A DNA stretch of 64,000 nucleotides from an uncultured delta proteobacterium (GTDB lineage Bacteria > Desulfobacterota > Desulfobacteria > Desulfobacterales > JAHEIW01): the NCBI GenBank assembly GCA_963706575.1, contig CAVPNL010000015.1, positions 288,001-352,000 on the forward strand, in the 5' to 3' direction. Shown here one piece after another: positions 31,684 to 41,864 of this stretch; the stretch's first letter is position 1; each line of letters starts with the position of its first letter. The translations under genes and the position numbers were made by a program. Below the pieces are notes generated by a model. That model ran no database searches. It saw nothing but the letters and a program-made list of their open reading frames with translations, and was not told where the DNA came from.

Positions 31684-32031
31684 CTAGACTCCCAGTTCTT
31701 GTTTAAGCCAGGCCTTAACATCGTCATCCAGCGCATACACGCCCTTGAGTTCGCAAACATCTTTTTCAAAACGGTTCGGAAGCTCGAATTCCGCCAACTC
31801 GAGCGCTTCTTCAGAGTTGCGGCGGATCAAATAGATCAAATAGGGCTTGCGCCAGCAATTAACAACAAAATAGGTGGTATAATCACTTTTGGACCGGATG
31901 ACATATTTTCCGCTGCCCCAGTCCGTATTGCCCCATTCCAGATATTGTTTGACGGCCTCTTCAGGCGTCATATCCCATTCAATCTCATTGATTAGGTCGG
32001 TATCTTTTTTTAGTTCCTCTAATGACAGCAT
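31684..32031 (-). CDS. DVU0772-like conserved protein of sulfate reducers
   Basis: IEWDMTPEEAV..YLEWG...YFVV..W...L.RRNSE motif. Confidence 0.8.
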   Translation of the reverse strand: MLSLEELKKDTDLINEIEWDMTPEEAVKQYLEWGNTDWGSGKYVIRSKSDYTTYFVVNCWRKPYLIYLIRRNSEEALELAEFELPNRFEKDVCELKGVYALDDDVKAWLKQELGV

Positions 32032-32050
32032 TTCGTATGCCTTTCTGAAG

Positions 32051-32105
32051 GTAGTGCGGGCCACCGTGCCCGCATACTTTAGGTCGGCACAGTGGCCGAC
32101 CCTAC
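32051..32105. repeat. GTAG-type REP doublet (inverted pair)
   Basis: GTAG-TGCGGGC-caccgt-GCCCGCA and, on the minus strand, GTAG-GGTCGGC-cactgt-GCCGACC. Confidence 0.8.
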
Positions 32106-32257
32106 TATCATAAAATTGCCTTATCGGCGCCGCTGGCATATGGGTGCCGACAGGTGCAACCCGTCTCCCGTTTGTCCGTTGGCCGGTAAAAAAAATAAAT
32201 CAGACAGCTTTCTTTTTTTAACGGGCGATACGCGCTCAACGGAACAACGCGCTCAAC

Positions 32258-33619
32258 CTAAAACGGTAATTTTGCCGTTTCGAGCAAATCCGGGTGATCG
32301 CCTAAAAACCGGTATAAGGTGGCTCGGCCCACACCCAGAAGTTTGGCGGCTTTGACCTTATTTCCGCCGGTTCTTTCCAGGGCCGTTCGCACCGAGTCCG
32401 AATCCAGTTTGCGGGATGGCCCCCGCCGCATGCAGATATTTTCAAGATCGCGAAGCTCCAGCGGCAGATCATCGGCAGAAATCACCCGCCCGTTGGACTT
32501 CACAATGGCAAACTGAATCGCATTTTGTAATTCACGCACATTCCCCGGCCAGCGATAATCCAGCATCAACGACATGGCTTTGCTGGAAATCTTCAGTTTT
32601 TTTTTGCCGTAACGCTCCCGCGCTTCCTGTAAAAAATGTTCGCTCAGAAGGGGAATGTCGATTTTGCGGTCACGCAGCGGCGGAAGATGGGTGGGGATCA
32701 CATTCAGCCGGTAGTAAAGATCTTCCCGGAATTTGCCGCGCTTAACTGCTTCTTTCAGATTTTTGTTGGTGGCGCTGATCACGCGCACATCAACGCTAAT
32801 CGTCTGTTCTCCGCCGACCCTCTCAAACTGGCCTTCCTGTAAAAAGCGCAGAATTTTGGCCTGCATATTATTTGAAAGCTCGGTTACCTCATCCAGAAAC
32901 ATCGTACCGGTGTCTGCCAGTTCAAAACGCCCCTTTTTATCCCGGATGGCGCCGGTAAAGGCGCCTTTCACATGTCCGAAAAGTTCACTTTCAATCAGGC
33001 CCTCCGGCAGGGCCCCGCAATTAATCGGGACAAAGGGCGCGCCGCCGCGACGGCTTTCGCTGTGGATGGCCGCAGCCACAAGCTCCTTGCCGGTACCGGT
33101 TTCACCGGAGATGTGAACCGGATAATCATAATCGGCAACATCTTTGATCTGTTTAAAGAGCGATATCATCTTGCTGTCCTGGCCGATGATGTTGCCAAAA
33201 CTGGTCAGCTCCCCGGCACGCTCTTTGAGACTGAAAATATCGGTAACATCCTTAAATGATGTCAGTACACCGGTATGCTGTTCGCTGGCATCCCGCATGC
33301 TGGTTACCGTCATCTCGATGCGTCTCAACTCGCCTCTTTTGGTGCTGATGTTCAGCGTGTATTCCGATTTTTCAGCCAGTTTGGGCGGATCTTCACAAAA
33401 GACACAGCGCTCCCCGCAAAATGGACTGCCAAAGGCCTCATGGCAATCCCGGCCCAGTATGTCTTCACGCCGGTAACCGGTGATGCGTTCGGCTTCGGTA
33501 TTGAAAAAAAAGATGCACCGGTCCATGTCGTGGGCAATAATCCCTTCTTTGAGATTATCCAGGACATTTTCCAGGTTATCCCGGTGGCACATTAAATTTT
33601 CTAAAGAATAATCCGACAT
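32258..33619 (-). CDS. PAS-domain sigma-54 enhancer-binding protein
   Basis: GETGTGKE, ESELFGH, GAFTGA, WPGNVREL and a Fis-type HTH; Cys-rich PAS. Confidence 0.95.
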   Translation of the reverse strand: MSDYSLENLMCHRDNLENVLDNLKEGIIAHDMDRCIFFFNTEAERITGYRREDILGRDCHEAFGSPFCGERCVFCEDPPKLAEKSEYTLNISTKRGELRRIEMTVTSMRDASEQHTGVLTSFKDVTDIFSLKERAGELTSFGNIIGQDSKMISLFKQIKDVADYDYPVHISGETGTGKELVAAAIHSESRRGGAPFVPINCGALPEGLIESELFGHVKGAFTGAIRDKKGRFELADTGTMFLDEVTELSNNMQAKILRFLQEGQFERVGGEQTISVDVRVISATNKNLKEAVKRGKFREDLYYRLNVIPTHLPPLRDRKIDIPLLSEHFLQEARERYGKKKLKISSKAMSLMLDYRWPGNVRELQNAIQFAIVKSNGRVISADDLPLELRDLENICMRRGPSRKLDSDSVRTALERTGGNKVKAAKLLGVGRATLYRFLGDHPDLLETAKLPF

Positions 33620-34101
33620 CATAAAAATTTTTCTTCGATCATATCTGCCAGCGGCACCACATCTTCAAATCCGAATTTTGGAACCTTTAATTGGAGATCA
33701 ACATCGGTCACCACTGCAATCAGAAGCTCATCATTTTCTAAGAGCGGTTCGGAATGCCGCGCGGAGCGCACGATTTCAATCTTCGGTTTGTTCCCTGTTT
33801 TGTAACCCTCGGTAATAACCAGATCAACATCTTTAAAATAGCCCAGCAGGCTATCCATGTCGCCGGAGTGATCATTTCTGACCATAGCAATTTTTCCGGG
33901 TGAGTGAAAAATAACGGTATCGGCACCCGCGGCTTTATGTCGGGAACTGTCCTTGCCCGACCGGTCGATGTCGGGGTTATGGTGCGAGTGTTTAATGGTG
34001 CCGATTGTGTATCCGCGTTTTTTGAATTCGGGAATCAGCTTTTCAATAAGTGTGGTTTTGCCGGATTGAGAGCGTCCGACAATCGATACAACCGGTGGCA
34101 T
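33619..34101 (-). CDS. mobB: Molybdopterin-guanine dinucleotide biosynthesis protein B
   Basis: GRSQSGKTT, IKHSHH, GKDS and VITEGYK motifs. Confidence 0.93.
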   Translation of the reverse strand: MPPVVSIVGRSQSGKTTLIEKLIPEFKKRGYTIGTIKHSHHNPDIDRSGKDSSRHKAAGADTVIFHSPGKIAMVRNDHSGDMDSLLGYFKDVDLVITEGYKTGNKPKIEIVRSARHSEPLLENDELLIAVVTDVDLQLKVPKFGFEDVVPLADMIEEKFL

Positions 34102-34141
34102 AAGTCTAACCTATTACATTAAGATTCTACGATTATTTTTT

Positions 34142-34224
34142 ACCGCGAAGGCCACAAAGAAACAAATTTTTTAATTTTGTTCTAATCTTGGTGTGTCTTC
34201 GTGTACTATGTGTTCTTTGTGGTG
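34142..34224. repeat. Degenerate CACGAAG/CACAAAG mirrored hairpin
   Basis: accgcgaaggccacaaag ... cttcgtgtactatgtgttctttgtggt. Confidence 0.7.
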
Positions 34225-34454
34225 AACAACGAAACATCAATTAACCTGAAATTACATCCTTCACAACCGATAATGAAATGACCGGCTGCCGGGTAGCAAA
34301 GCAAAACTAAGGTGCAAAAAAAAGAATGTCAAGCCATTTGAACGTTAGCCGCTCTATAGTTCTGGCCAAAGATCACCCAACTGATACAACCGTAAGGATA
34401 AAAAAGTATTGATATCTTAATTCTAACGATTATCATAGCAAAAATATTATCAAA

Positions 34455-34578
34455 GGCTCAGGGATCAGCGGTTCAATGTTTAACGATTTGTTAAATTAGT
34501 TTTATTTGTTTTATTGGTTGAATTGGTTGGCATAAACCGAACCAATTGAACAAATTAAACCAATCAAACCAATCTAAC
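34455..34578. repeat. 9-nt ATTGGTT mirrored element, copy 2 (reverse orientation), preceded by GGTTCAG-type units
   Basis: attggttgaattggttggcataaaccgaaccaattgaacaaattaaaccaatcaaaccaat. Confidence 0.85.
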
Positions 34579-34647
34579 GGTATAATAGATGCCTTGAGTG
34601 CCGGGCTTATACATACTTTGTGAGTCCGTGGCTAAATAAAATTTAAT

Positions 34648-35532
34648 ATGGACCCCATCCTCGAAGTAAAAAATCTGGTAAAAAAATATGACAAGATCGT
34701 GGCGGTTGACGGGATCAGCTTTGCCCTGCGGCAGGGGATCTGTTTCGGTCTGCTGGGTCCGAACGGCGCCGGTAAAACCACGACGATTGAAGTCATTGAA
34801 GACGTTATCCCGCCAACAGCCGGTGAGGTTTTTTACAAGGGCACTGCCCGCACACCATCATTTCGGGAAAAGGTTGGCATTCAGTTTCAGAGTACGGCTC
34901 TGTTAAATCTTCTGACGGTTCGGGAAACATTAGAAACATTTCAAAGCTTTTTCAGGAAGACCGCTACCATAGAAGAGCTGGTGAAGCTGTGCCGGCTGGC
35001 TGAATTCCTGGATCAATACAATGACAAGATATCCGGCGGGCAACGCCAGCGCTTCCTGCTGGCCCTGGCCCTTATCAATCGGCCCGAGCTGCTCTTTTTG
35101 GATGAGCCTTCAACGGGCCTGGATCCCCAGGCCAGGCGTAATTTATGGGACTTAATCCAGGGAATCAAAGCTGAAGGTAAAACCATCATTTTGACCACCC
35201 ATTACATGGAAGAGGCGCAGTATCTCTGCGATGAAGTGGCTATCATGGATTACGGCAAAATCATTGCGCAAGGATCTCCCGATGAGCTGATTCGACAATA
35301 CAGCCGCGGGATTACTGTGGTCCTACCCAAGGCACATTATGCTCTTAAGGCAAACAGTTTTCCGCTGCCTGTCCGTGAAGTCAAAGACACCATCGAGATT
35401 AAAACCGATGATGTCAATCAGTGTCTGGAGCAACTCATTTCCCATGATATCGATTTATCCGATATCACGGTCCGGACGCCCAATCTGGAAACAGTATTCT
35501 TGAATTTGACCGGACGTAAACTGCGAGAATAA
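34648..35532 (+). CDS. ABC transporter ATP-binding protein
   Basis: GPNGAGKTT, ISGGQRQR and LDEP motifs. Confidence 0.95.
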   Translation: MDPILEVKNLVKKYDKIVAVDGISFALRQGICFGLLGPNGAGKTTTIEVIEDVIPPTAGEVFYKGTARTPSFREKVGIQFQSTALLNLLTVRETLETFQSFFRKTATIEELVKLCRLAEFLDQYNDKISGGQRQRFLLALALINRPELLFLDEPSTGLDPQARRNLWDLIQGIKAEGKTIILTTHYMEEAQYLCDEVAIMDYGKIIAQGSPDELIRQYSRGITVVLPKAHYALKANSFPLPVREVKDTIEIKTDDVNQCLEQLISHDIDLSDITVRTPNLETVFLNLTGRKLRE

Positions 35533-35534
35533 TC

Positions 35535-36584
35535 ATGAGCTTAAAACGCCTGTGGTCCATTTTAAAGGCCAGAAATCTGGAGTTCTTCCGCGACCGTTCG
35601 GCTTTCGGCTGGAATTTTTTATTCCCCTTTCTGCTGGTTGCCGGGTTTGGAATTATCTTCGGCGGCAAGGCCTACACGGAGTATAAAATCGGCGTATTTC
35701 CGTCCGAATCAGCCCAGGTCTCCATCGAGCGGCTCAACATCCCGCAGCGTTTTAAAGATATGAACTATCTTAAATTTATCGGATTTCAAAATGCCGAAGA
35801 AGGCCTGGAAAAGCTAAAGCATCACCGCATTGATTTTTTGATAAAAACCGGCAATGGATCCCATAAATACTGGGTCAGCGATACTTCGCCCAAGGGATAT
35901 GTTGTCGAGCAAATGTTTAAAGCCAGCCTGCTTCCCCCTGAAAGCGCCGCCAACGCCCAAAGAAAAGAAATTCAGGGAAGCGCAATCCGCTATATCGACT
36001 GGCTGTTTCCGGGTATCCTGGCGATGAACATGATGTTCAGCGCGCTCTGGGGCGTTGGATATGTTGTGGTGCGCTATCGTAAAAACGGCGTACTTAAGCG
36101 ACTCAAGGTCACACCCTTAACGGCCTTTGAGTATATAACGGCCCAGGCCATTTCACGAATTTTTCTGCTCATGTTTACCCTGGTGATTGTCTGGACCGGA
36201 TGCGATCTCATTTTTGCATTCGAAGTGCAGGGCTCCTATGTCGATTTGTTTATTATTTTTTTTCTCGGCAGCCTGAGCCTGACGGCCCTGGGTCTGGTGC
36301 TGGCTTCCCGAGGAACCAGCGAGGAATTTACCACGGGAATTTTAAACTTTATCTCCTGGCCGATGATGTTTCTATCCGAAGTCTGGTTTTCGCTGGAAGG
36401 CGCACCGGGGTGGGTGAAAAGTTTCGCAAAAATTTTCCCGCTGACCCACATGCTCACCGCCGCCCGCAAGATCATGCATGACGGCGCCGGATTGATCGAT
36501 GTCGGCTCGCAAATTATGATTCTTTCGCTGATGACCGTGGGTTTTTTAACGCTGGGGGCTGCATTATTCTCGTGGAACAAGTAG
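35535..36584 (+). CDS. ABC-2 type permease
   Basis: TM helices, GVLKRLKVTPL, PLTH. Confidence 0.9.
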   Translation: MSLKRLWSILKARNLEFFRDRSAFGWNFLFPFLLVAGFGIIFGGKAYTEYKIGVFPSESAQVSIERLNIPQRFKDMNYLKFIGFQNAEEGLEKLKHHRIDFLIKTGNGSHKYWVSDTSPKGYVVEQMFKASLLPPESAANAQRKEIQGSAIRYIDWLFPGILAMNMMFSALWGVGYVVVRYRKNGVLKRLKVTPLTAFEYITAQAISRIFLLMFTLVIVWTGCDLIFAFEVQGSYVDLFIIFFLGSLSLTALGLVLASRGTSEEFTTGILNFISWPMMFLSEVWFSLEGAPGWVKSFAKIFPLTHMLTAARKIMHDGAGLIDVGSQIMILSLMTVGFLTLGAALFSWNK

Positions 36585-36729
36585 AATCTATCACAAAAAT
36601 GCGTCTAAGTGTCCAGGGCCGCGTTGTCCCGCCCGAGTTGAAATACTCACGTACTCCGTGTACGCTCCGTTTTCAACTCGCGGGACGCCTTGCCCTGAAC
36701 CCCGATCCACAATTTTTGAGATAGATTCA
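36582..36729 (-). mobile_element. MITE-like element, divergent relative of family A
   Basis: TIR gaatctatcacaaaaat ... atttttgagatagattc; internal stems are homologous to family A on the minus strand; left end coincides with the permease TAG stop. Confidence 0.8.
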
Positions 36730-36757
36730 AGAAGCGGTCTTAAACGTGCGTTAAGGC

Positions 36758-36885
36758 AAGTGCATTAAAGTTAAGAGTGATCTAAAGTGACTAAAGTTGA
36801 GGAATTCTGTCAATCATATAAAAAAGATGGGGCCTCGCGACTCCTTAACTTTAGTCACTTCACACTTTAGTTCACTTTAGTCACT
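36758..36885. repeat. AAGTGnCTAA mirrored element, copy 4
   Basis: Arms plus core gaggaattctgtcaatcatataaaaaagatgg; overlaps the stop codon of the adjacent gene. Confidence 0.9.
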
Positions 36886-37821
36886 ATCATTTTGTGTTTT
36901 CTGCTCTTGGTTTTGTGGCTGGGATTTAGCGGCAGCGGGATTGGCCTGGACCGCTTTTTTCCGGGGAATAAATTCAGCTATAAAATGAGTGGAATGAATA
37001 ACTGAGATGGTTTTAACGGCCACAAAAATGGAACCAAGCACCAGCAGATAGACCAGGCTGCCTTCAACCCGGTTGAGCAAGCCCTCCACGGCCATAGCGA
37101 TGTAAAGCAACAGAAAGATTTCTAGAATTGCATTGAGCAGCCCGAGCAAATAGTGGCGAGTATAAAAATAACCGCCTCCCGGAAAAAGAATAGCCAGAAT
37201 ATAGGCAATGATTTTGTTTTTAAACTTTAAACCACAGGACTCGCAGACATATTTTGCGGCTGTCAGCAGCCGGGTGCACTGCGGGCAAAGGTGAAATCGT
37301 TCGCCCACCTGACTTTTGGTCCCCGAGAAGGGCTTTTGTTTAAGCAATGCCCTGATTTTTTTCCTTTCCGACAGCGCAATGGCTTTAAACTTCTCTATTT
37401 TGCCGGATTTTGTATGCTGCACAACCAGGGTTCCGCCCTTTAGCTCAATGGATTGGCAACCGGAGTAGTAAATCTGAGAGAGCGATTGCTTGAATTTGTA
37501 ATTCGGGGTGGTCGGCACATGAAAAATTCGATGATTGGTAAAGACAAACAGGGAGCGTTTAAGATAAACAAATAAGAAGCCGGTAACATATTGGGGCAGG
37601 GATGTAATCGGAGAATATCCGGTCGAAACCTGCAAAATCTTCTCACCGGTTTTCAAAAAGGGTTTGAGAAAGGATAATTTGACAATAAATTTGCGCTGCC
37701 GATTTTCAATTCGTTTTTTATAAATTTTTTTATGATTGGAAAACAGGGTTTCGCGATCAACCGGCAGCCCAAAAATCTGCGGCCCCATTATGCCGGTCGG
37801 TTCAAAGGCTTTATCTGCCAT
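36877..37821 (-). CDS. Hypothetical membrane protein with zinc-ribbon and TM2-like segment
   Basis: CPQC...CESC followed by LAILFPGGGYFY and TM helices. Confidence 0.75.
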   Translation of the reverse strand: MADKAFEPTGIMGPQIFGLPVDRETLFSNHKKIYKKRIENRQRKFIVKLSFLKPFLKTGEKILQVSTGYSPITSLPQYVTGFLFVYLKRSLFVFTNHRIFHVPTTPNYKFKQSLSQIYYSGCQSIELKGGTLVVQHTKSGKIEKFKAIALSERKKIRALLKQKPFSGTKSQVGERFHLCPQCTRLLTAAKYVCESCGLKFKNKIIAYILAILFPGGGYFYTRHYLLGLLNAILEIFLLLYIAMAVEGLLNRVEGSLVYLLVLGSIFVAVKTISVIHSTHFIAEFIPRKKAVQANPAAAKSQPQNQEQKTQNDSD

Positions 37822-37973
37822 CTACAGTAATACTCCTTCCCTTTATTCAGTGTCTCCCCAAGTGGTCCCATCAATCTCAAAATTGAAAAACAGCATTTTA
37901 AATTTCTAGTAAAATAATACTGTTTTAAGACCAGTTCTATATTAATATATATAATATCATAAAGAAGTAAAGA

Positions 37974-38969
37974 TTAAACAATGCCGGTGATAATACCGGA
38001 GTCGTTGGGGGTTTGGACGGTAAGGCGTTGGATATCCTTTGCGCCGGCGGCGGCCAGCATGTCCATGAGCTGCTGTTCTGAATAGGCTTGTCCGGAATCG
38101 GTTCCCAGCAGCATATTGAGGGAAAAAAGGGCTGGGAAAAGGGGGCCGTCCATGGAATTATCAAGGATAAATTCATGAATGATAAGGATTCCACCCTGTT
38201 CCAGCGCGGCAGCCGCTTTTTCAATAATTTTTTTGCACTCCTCCGGACCTTCACCGTGCAGAATGTGGGAAAGCCAGACCGCATCGAAGCGGCTCTCAAT
38301 ATCATCTTTCAGATAATTACCACCCTGAAAATCAATCCGATCCGACAGATCAAAGCGCTTAATGGTTTTTTCGGCAAATGGCCGGGAGGTGGGCAAGTCA
38401 AAAACAGTGGCTCTTAATTGCGGATTGTGGCGGCAAAAATGAATCGCATAGGTGCCGGGGCCGCCCCCCAGATCAAGCAGATGCCGGCAGGAGGAAATAT
38501 CAATTTTAGGAATGAGCATCGGCGCCATATTCATGGCCATGTTAAACATGCCCATTAAAAAACTTTCTCTCCATTCTTCATCGTTGAAGGTGGACCGCTC
38601 ACGAATCGCCTGACCGGATTGAACGCTCTGATCCAGCCGCGACCAGGATTCGACCAAGTGGTGGTGATGCATTATGATATTGCCGAGGTATTTAGGGGAG
38701 TCTTTGGAAAGAAATTCTCTGGCAGAAGACGTGTTGACGTATTTATCATCTGCTTTTGTCAGCAGTTCCATGGCGACCAGCGCACTGAGCAGCCGTTGCA
38801 TGCCTCTGGACGAGGTCTTTAGCCTGTCCGACACTTCTGCACTTGCCAACTGCTCCTCGCCCAGGCAGGTAAATACATCCAGCTTAACGGCGGCATGCAG
38901 GGTGCAGGTCTTCCAGAAGTACCCGGATAGCTCGAGTAGTTCGCCGGGGTTCCATTTGTGATTCGCCAT
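37974..38969 (-). CDS. SAM-dependent O-methyltransferase (dimerisation domain + Methyltransf_2)
   Basis: LLDLGGGPG, VFDLP and SHILH motifs. Confidence 0.9.
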   Translation of the reverse strand: MANHKWNPGELLELSGYFWKTCTLHAAVKLDVFTCLGEEQLASAEVSDRLKTSSRGMQRLLSALVAMELLTKADDKYVNTSSAREFLSKDSPKYLGNIIMHHHHLVESWSRLDQSVQSGQAIRERSTFNDEEWRESFLMGMFNMAMNMAPMLIPKIDISSCRHLLDLGGGPGTYAIHFCRHNPQLRATVFDLPTSRPFAEKTIKRFDLSDRIDFQGGNYLKDDIESRFDAVWLSHILHGEGPEECKKIIEKAAAALEQGGILIIHEFILDNSMDGPLFPALFSLNMLLGTDSGQAYSEQQLMDMLAAAGAKDIQRLTVQTPNDSGIITGIV

Positions 38970-38996
38970 CGTCGCTATTTTTTACTGAGATTTCGT

Positions 38997-39533
38997 CTAT
39001 GATGGGGGTTTTTCCCCATTTGCGATTCGTGCCTTTTTTTCTTTATCAGACAACAATTCCCAGGCACGCCGTTCGGGCGTCATCGTCCAGAAGGGAGTGC
39101 CATCTTTGGTAAGGCGGACTTTTACGATTTCAAAGTCGGGATCTTTTTTAATCTTGGCGGCCATAAAAACATCCTTGCCGTCAATTTCGGCCCAGACGCC
39201 TTTTACTTTGATGCGCTCATTTTTCTTCAGCGGTATTTCGCTGGGTTTTCGATACCAGGTTGGGCAGAGATGAACTTCAATAAGATCGCCTCCTTCGAGC
39301 ACCTCGACCGCGGTGGCCGGTGACATACCCGGCATCGGTATGACTTCTTTGGCCCGCACATACCAGGCCCGGATCGTTTCGAATTCTCTAACATCATAAT
39401 GCTTGTTGTATTCGCTGCCGATCTCCCAGCCCGCCATCAATTTGGGATCAACATCTTCGGCGTTAGCCATCATGAAGTTTGCCGCAAAAATCAAAATTAT
39501 TAATATTTTTAAAACATTGTGGTATCTTTTCAT
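38997..39533 (-). CDS. Secreted OB-fold-like protein
   Basis: Signal peptide; VHLCPTWY...IKVKG...FMA..I...DGTPFW. Confidence 0.7.
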   Translation of the reverse strand: MKRYHNVLKILIILIFAANFMMANAEDVDPKLMAGWEIGSEYNKHYDVREFETIRAWYVRAKEVIPMPGMSPATAVEVLEGGDLIEVHLCPTWYRKPSEIPLKKNERIKVKGVWAEIDGKDVFMAAKIKKDPDFEIVKVRLTKDGTPFWTMTPERRAWELLSDKEKKARIANGEKPPS

Positions 39534-39719
39534 ATAATCCTCCTCTATAAAGACTGGAATGGCCCAACTCGTATGGAACCTATTTTATTGATTATATTAT
39601 ATCCATCGAAATCAGTTTTGCAACTCTGAAATTAGCCGAGTACCGTGGACAAAATTGGGCTGTTTTATATAGAAACAGACGGTTATAGTCTCAAATGGGT
39701 TTACAAATCTCTATAGAAG

Positions 39720-39840
39720 TATTTGTTCAATTGGTTTTATTGGTCTTATTGGTTGAATTCGTTGGCTTAAACCGAACCAATCGAACGAATTAAACCAATT
39801 AAACAAATGTAACGTTCGCCAACTGACTGACACTTGAAAT
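39720..39840. repeat. 9-nt ATTGGTT mirrored element, copy 3 (reverse orientation)
   Basis: atttgttcaattggttttattggtcttattggttgaattcgttggcttaaaccgaaccaat...; flank gccaactgactgacacttgaa resembles the reverse complement of the copy 1/4 flank. Confidence 0.88.
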
Positions 39841-39881
39841 CCGTCACCTTAGTTTGGACCAAGTTGAAAACGCTGCTGACA

Positions 39882-41027
39882 TTAGGAGACAGAATACAAC
39901 AACTGCCCCTCCCCGTACACCGCCACCGGGTAACTGGCCAGATCGAAGGGATCCCCGTTCCAGCAAACAAAAGATGCCCATTTGCCTTTTTCCAGTGTGC
40001 CGAGTCGGTTATCAATTCCCAGAATTTTGGAATTACGACGTGAAATTAATTCAATGGCCTGTTGTTTGGATAAACCGGCCCGCAAAAACCATCGGGTTTG
40101 CAGCAATAGCTGACGTGCAAGGGTTACCGGATGATCCGTCATAAGACCAAATTCAACACCGGATTCCACCAGGAAGCGTACATTGCGCCGGTCCTCATGT
40201 TTAAGTTCCACTTTATAAGCGAATGAATCGATCGGACCGTAAACAACCGGAATTTTGCGCTTCTTTAATTCCTGAAAAATCTCCGGCCGGTGAACATCCC
40301 CGGCGTGATCAACGGTAACCTTAATTTTAAATTCATCAACCAGTCGCAAAAGTGCGGCAATATCATCTATTTTGTGGACGTGCGCGCGCAGGCGAATTTT
40401 ACGACTCAATAAATTCCGCAGCACCATATCTTCAGCAGAAAACTGGATATCTTCCTTTTTGCTGCCCCTGGCTTTACGGTATTTTTGAATCTTCTGCCGC
40501 ACCTCATCCAACCGGCTGCGCAGCATGGCAACGGCCCCCATGCGGGTGGTGGGGCGTTTGCCTTTCCAGGCTTTTGTTTTCATGGGATTGAACCCAAACG
40601 CGCCTTTTAGTCCGGCACGGGTAATTAAGGCGTCTGTGCTGGAGGCGGCGTAATTTCTAATAACCGCCGAAAGGCCACCGATAATATTGCCGCTGCCCGG
40701 CAGCACACACGAGTATAAGACGCCCATTTCCACTGCGTCTTTTAGCGCCTTATCATCCATTTGGATTGAATCCAGCGCATCTGTCAGCACCAGAATGGGA
40801 TCTTGGTGTTCATTGGCCTCCCCTTCGGTATTGGGCTCCCCGGCACGCTCCATACCGATGTGGCTATGGGGATCAATAAAGGCAGGGGTCAGCACATCAA
40901 ATTTTCCTAAATTGCGGCCGGTTTTTGTTTTTGAAATGGCGCTGATCTTTTTAGCGTTAAACAAAAGGTGCGCATTCGAAAGCATTTTTTTTCCGGTGTA
41001 GATGGTCTTGGCAGAAACGTAATTCAT
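39882..41027 (-). CDS. Amidohydrolase family protein
   Basis: FIDPHSHIG, AHVH, TDHP and GTLEKGK motifs. Confidence 0.9.
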   Translation of the reverse strand: MNYVSAKTIYTGKKMLSNAHLLFNAKKISAISKTKTGRNLGKFDVLTPAFIDPHSHIGMERAGEPNTEGEANEHQDPILVLTDALDSIQMDDKALKDAVEMGVLYSCVLPGSGNIIGGLSAVIRNYAASSTDALITRAGLKGAFGFNPMKTKAWKGKRPTTRMGAVAMLRSRLDEVRQKIQKYRKARGSKKEDIQFSAEDMVLRNLLSRKIRLRAHVHKIDDIAALLRLVDEFKIKVTVDHAGDVHRPEIFQELKKRKIPVVYGPIDSFAYKVELKHEDRRNVRFLVESGVEFGLMTDHPVTLARQLLLQTRWFLRAGLSKQQAIELISRRNSKILGIDNRLGTLEKGKWASFVCWNGDPFDLASYPVAVYGEGQLLYSVS

Positions 41028-41060
41028 AACAAATCCTTATCAGGTTAGGTGTGGGCATAT

Positions 41061-41816
41061 TTAAAATTTTAAAATCCGCTTATCATCAAAGATGATCTCC
41101 TGGTATCCGAACAGTGCGCTTAAATGGTGCAAGAAGGCATGTTGGCCTTTATTCTGCCACAATTTGGAAATGGCGGCATTTGCATTTCTATACTGGTCCT
41201 CATTTTCTTGAAGCGACAACGGGCGGTCCGGGCTCGACATATCAGCAATGGTCTCGGAAATTAAATTCAGCCACATCTGGCTGGCGCCCATAATAAAATA
41301 AGGCCAGTTTTTTTGAATGGAAGGCGGCCAGGAGGCATCACTGGTGTCTTCGATGCGGGGTTTGGTGATTCTGCCCGTATTATCATACTGATCTTTAATC
41401 ATTAATCCGGCCGATTTTATTTCCGACAGCAATTCATTCGAACGCAGCATAATAAAGACCCGATAGGCCGTTTTTGCAGGAGCATAAAAAATAAAGCTAA
41501 ACTGATGGCCAGCATGGTCCCGAACTGCGCGGCGGTGAAATCGCCAGAGATTAATTTCATCCTTGTAATGCGCCAGAGCCGGCGCAACGATTTTATGGGC
41601 AATGAGTAAATCCAAATGCCAGTTTGCCTTTTCTTCTGCCGGCCAGTGCATGCGAAATTTTGCAAACCACCATCCATAGGATGAGGCGATCTCTAGTGGT
41701 GGCGCAACCGTCTCTGGTGATTTGGTCGGACCTGTTATGGCACATCCTGTGATAACCATCATTAAAAAAATGAGTAAAACCGATATCAATCGGCAAGCAA
41801 ACTTATTTCGTACCAT
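41061..41816 (-). CDS. Hypothetical lipoprotein
   Basis: Signal peptide with lipobox ITGC. Confidence 0.75.
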   Translation of the reverse strand: MVRNKFACRLISVLLIFLMMVITGCAITGPTKSPETVAPPLEIASSYGWWFAKFRMHWPAEEKANWHLDLLIAHKIVAPALAHYKDEINLWRFHRRAVRDHAGHQFSFIFYAPAKTAYRVFIMLRSNELLSEIKSAGLMIKDQYDNTGRITKPRIEDTSDASWPPSIQKNWPYFIMGASQMWLNLISETIADMSSPDRPLSLQENEDQYRNANAAISKLWQNKGQHAFLHHLSALFGYQEIIFDDKRILKF

Positions 41817-41864
41817 TTCACTCCTCTATTTTGCTTTCCATACCAAACCGCCATTTGTGCTTTG

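Noticed and set aside
38997..39533. MamS/MamX-like motif (VHLxPxWY) as a sign of a magnetosome island
   Set aside because: No other mam genes and no CxxCH motifs; such OB-fold proteins also occur outside magnetotactic bacteria.
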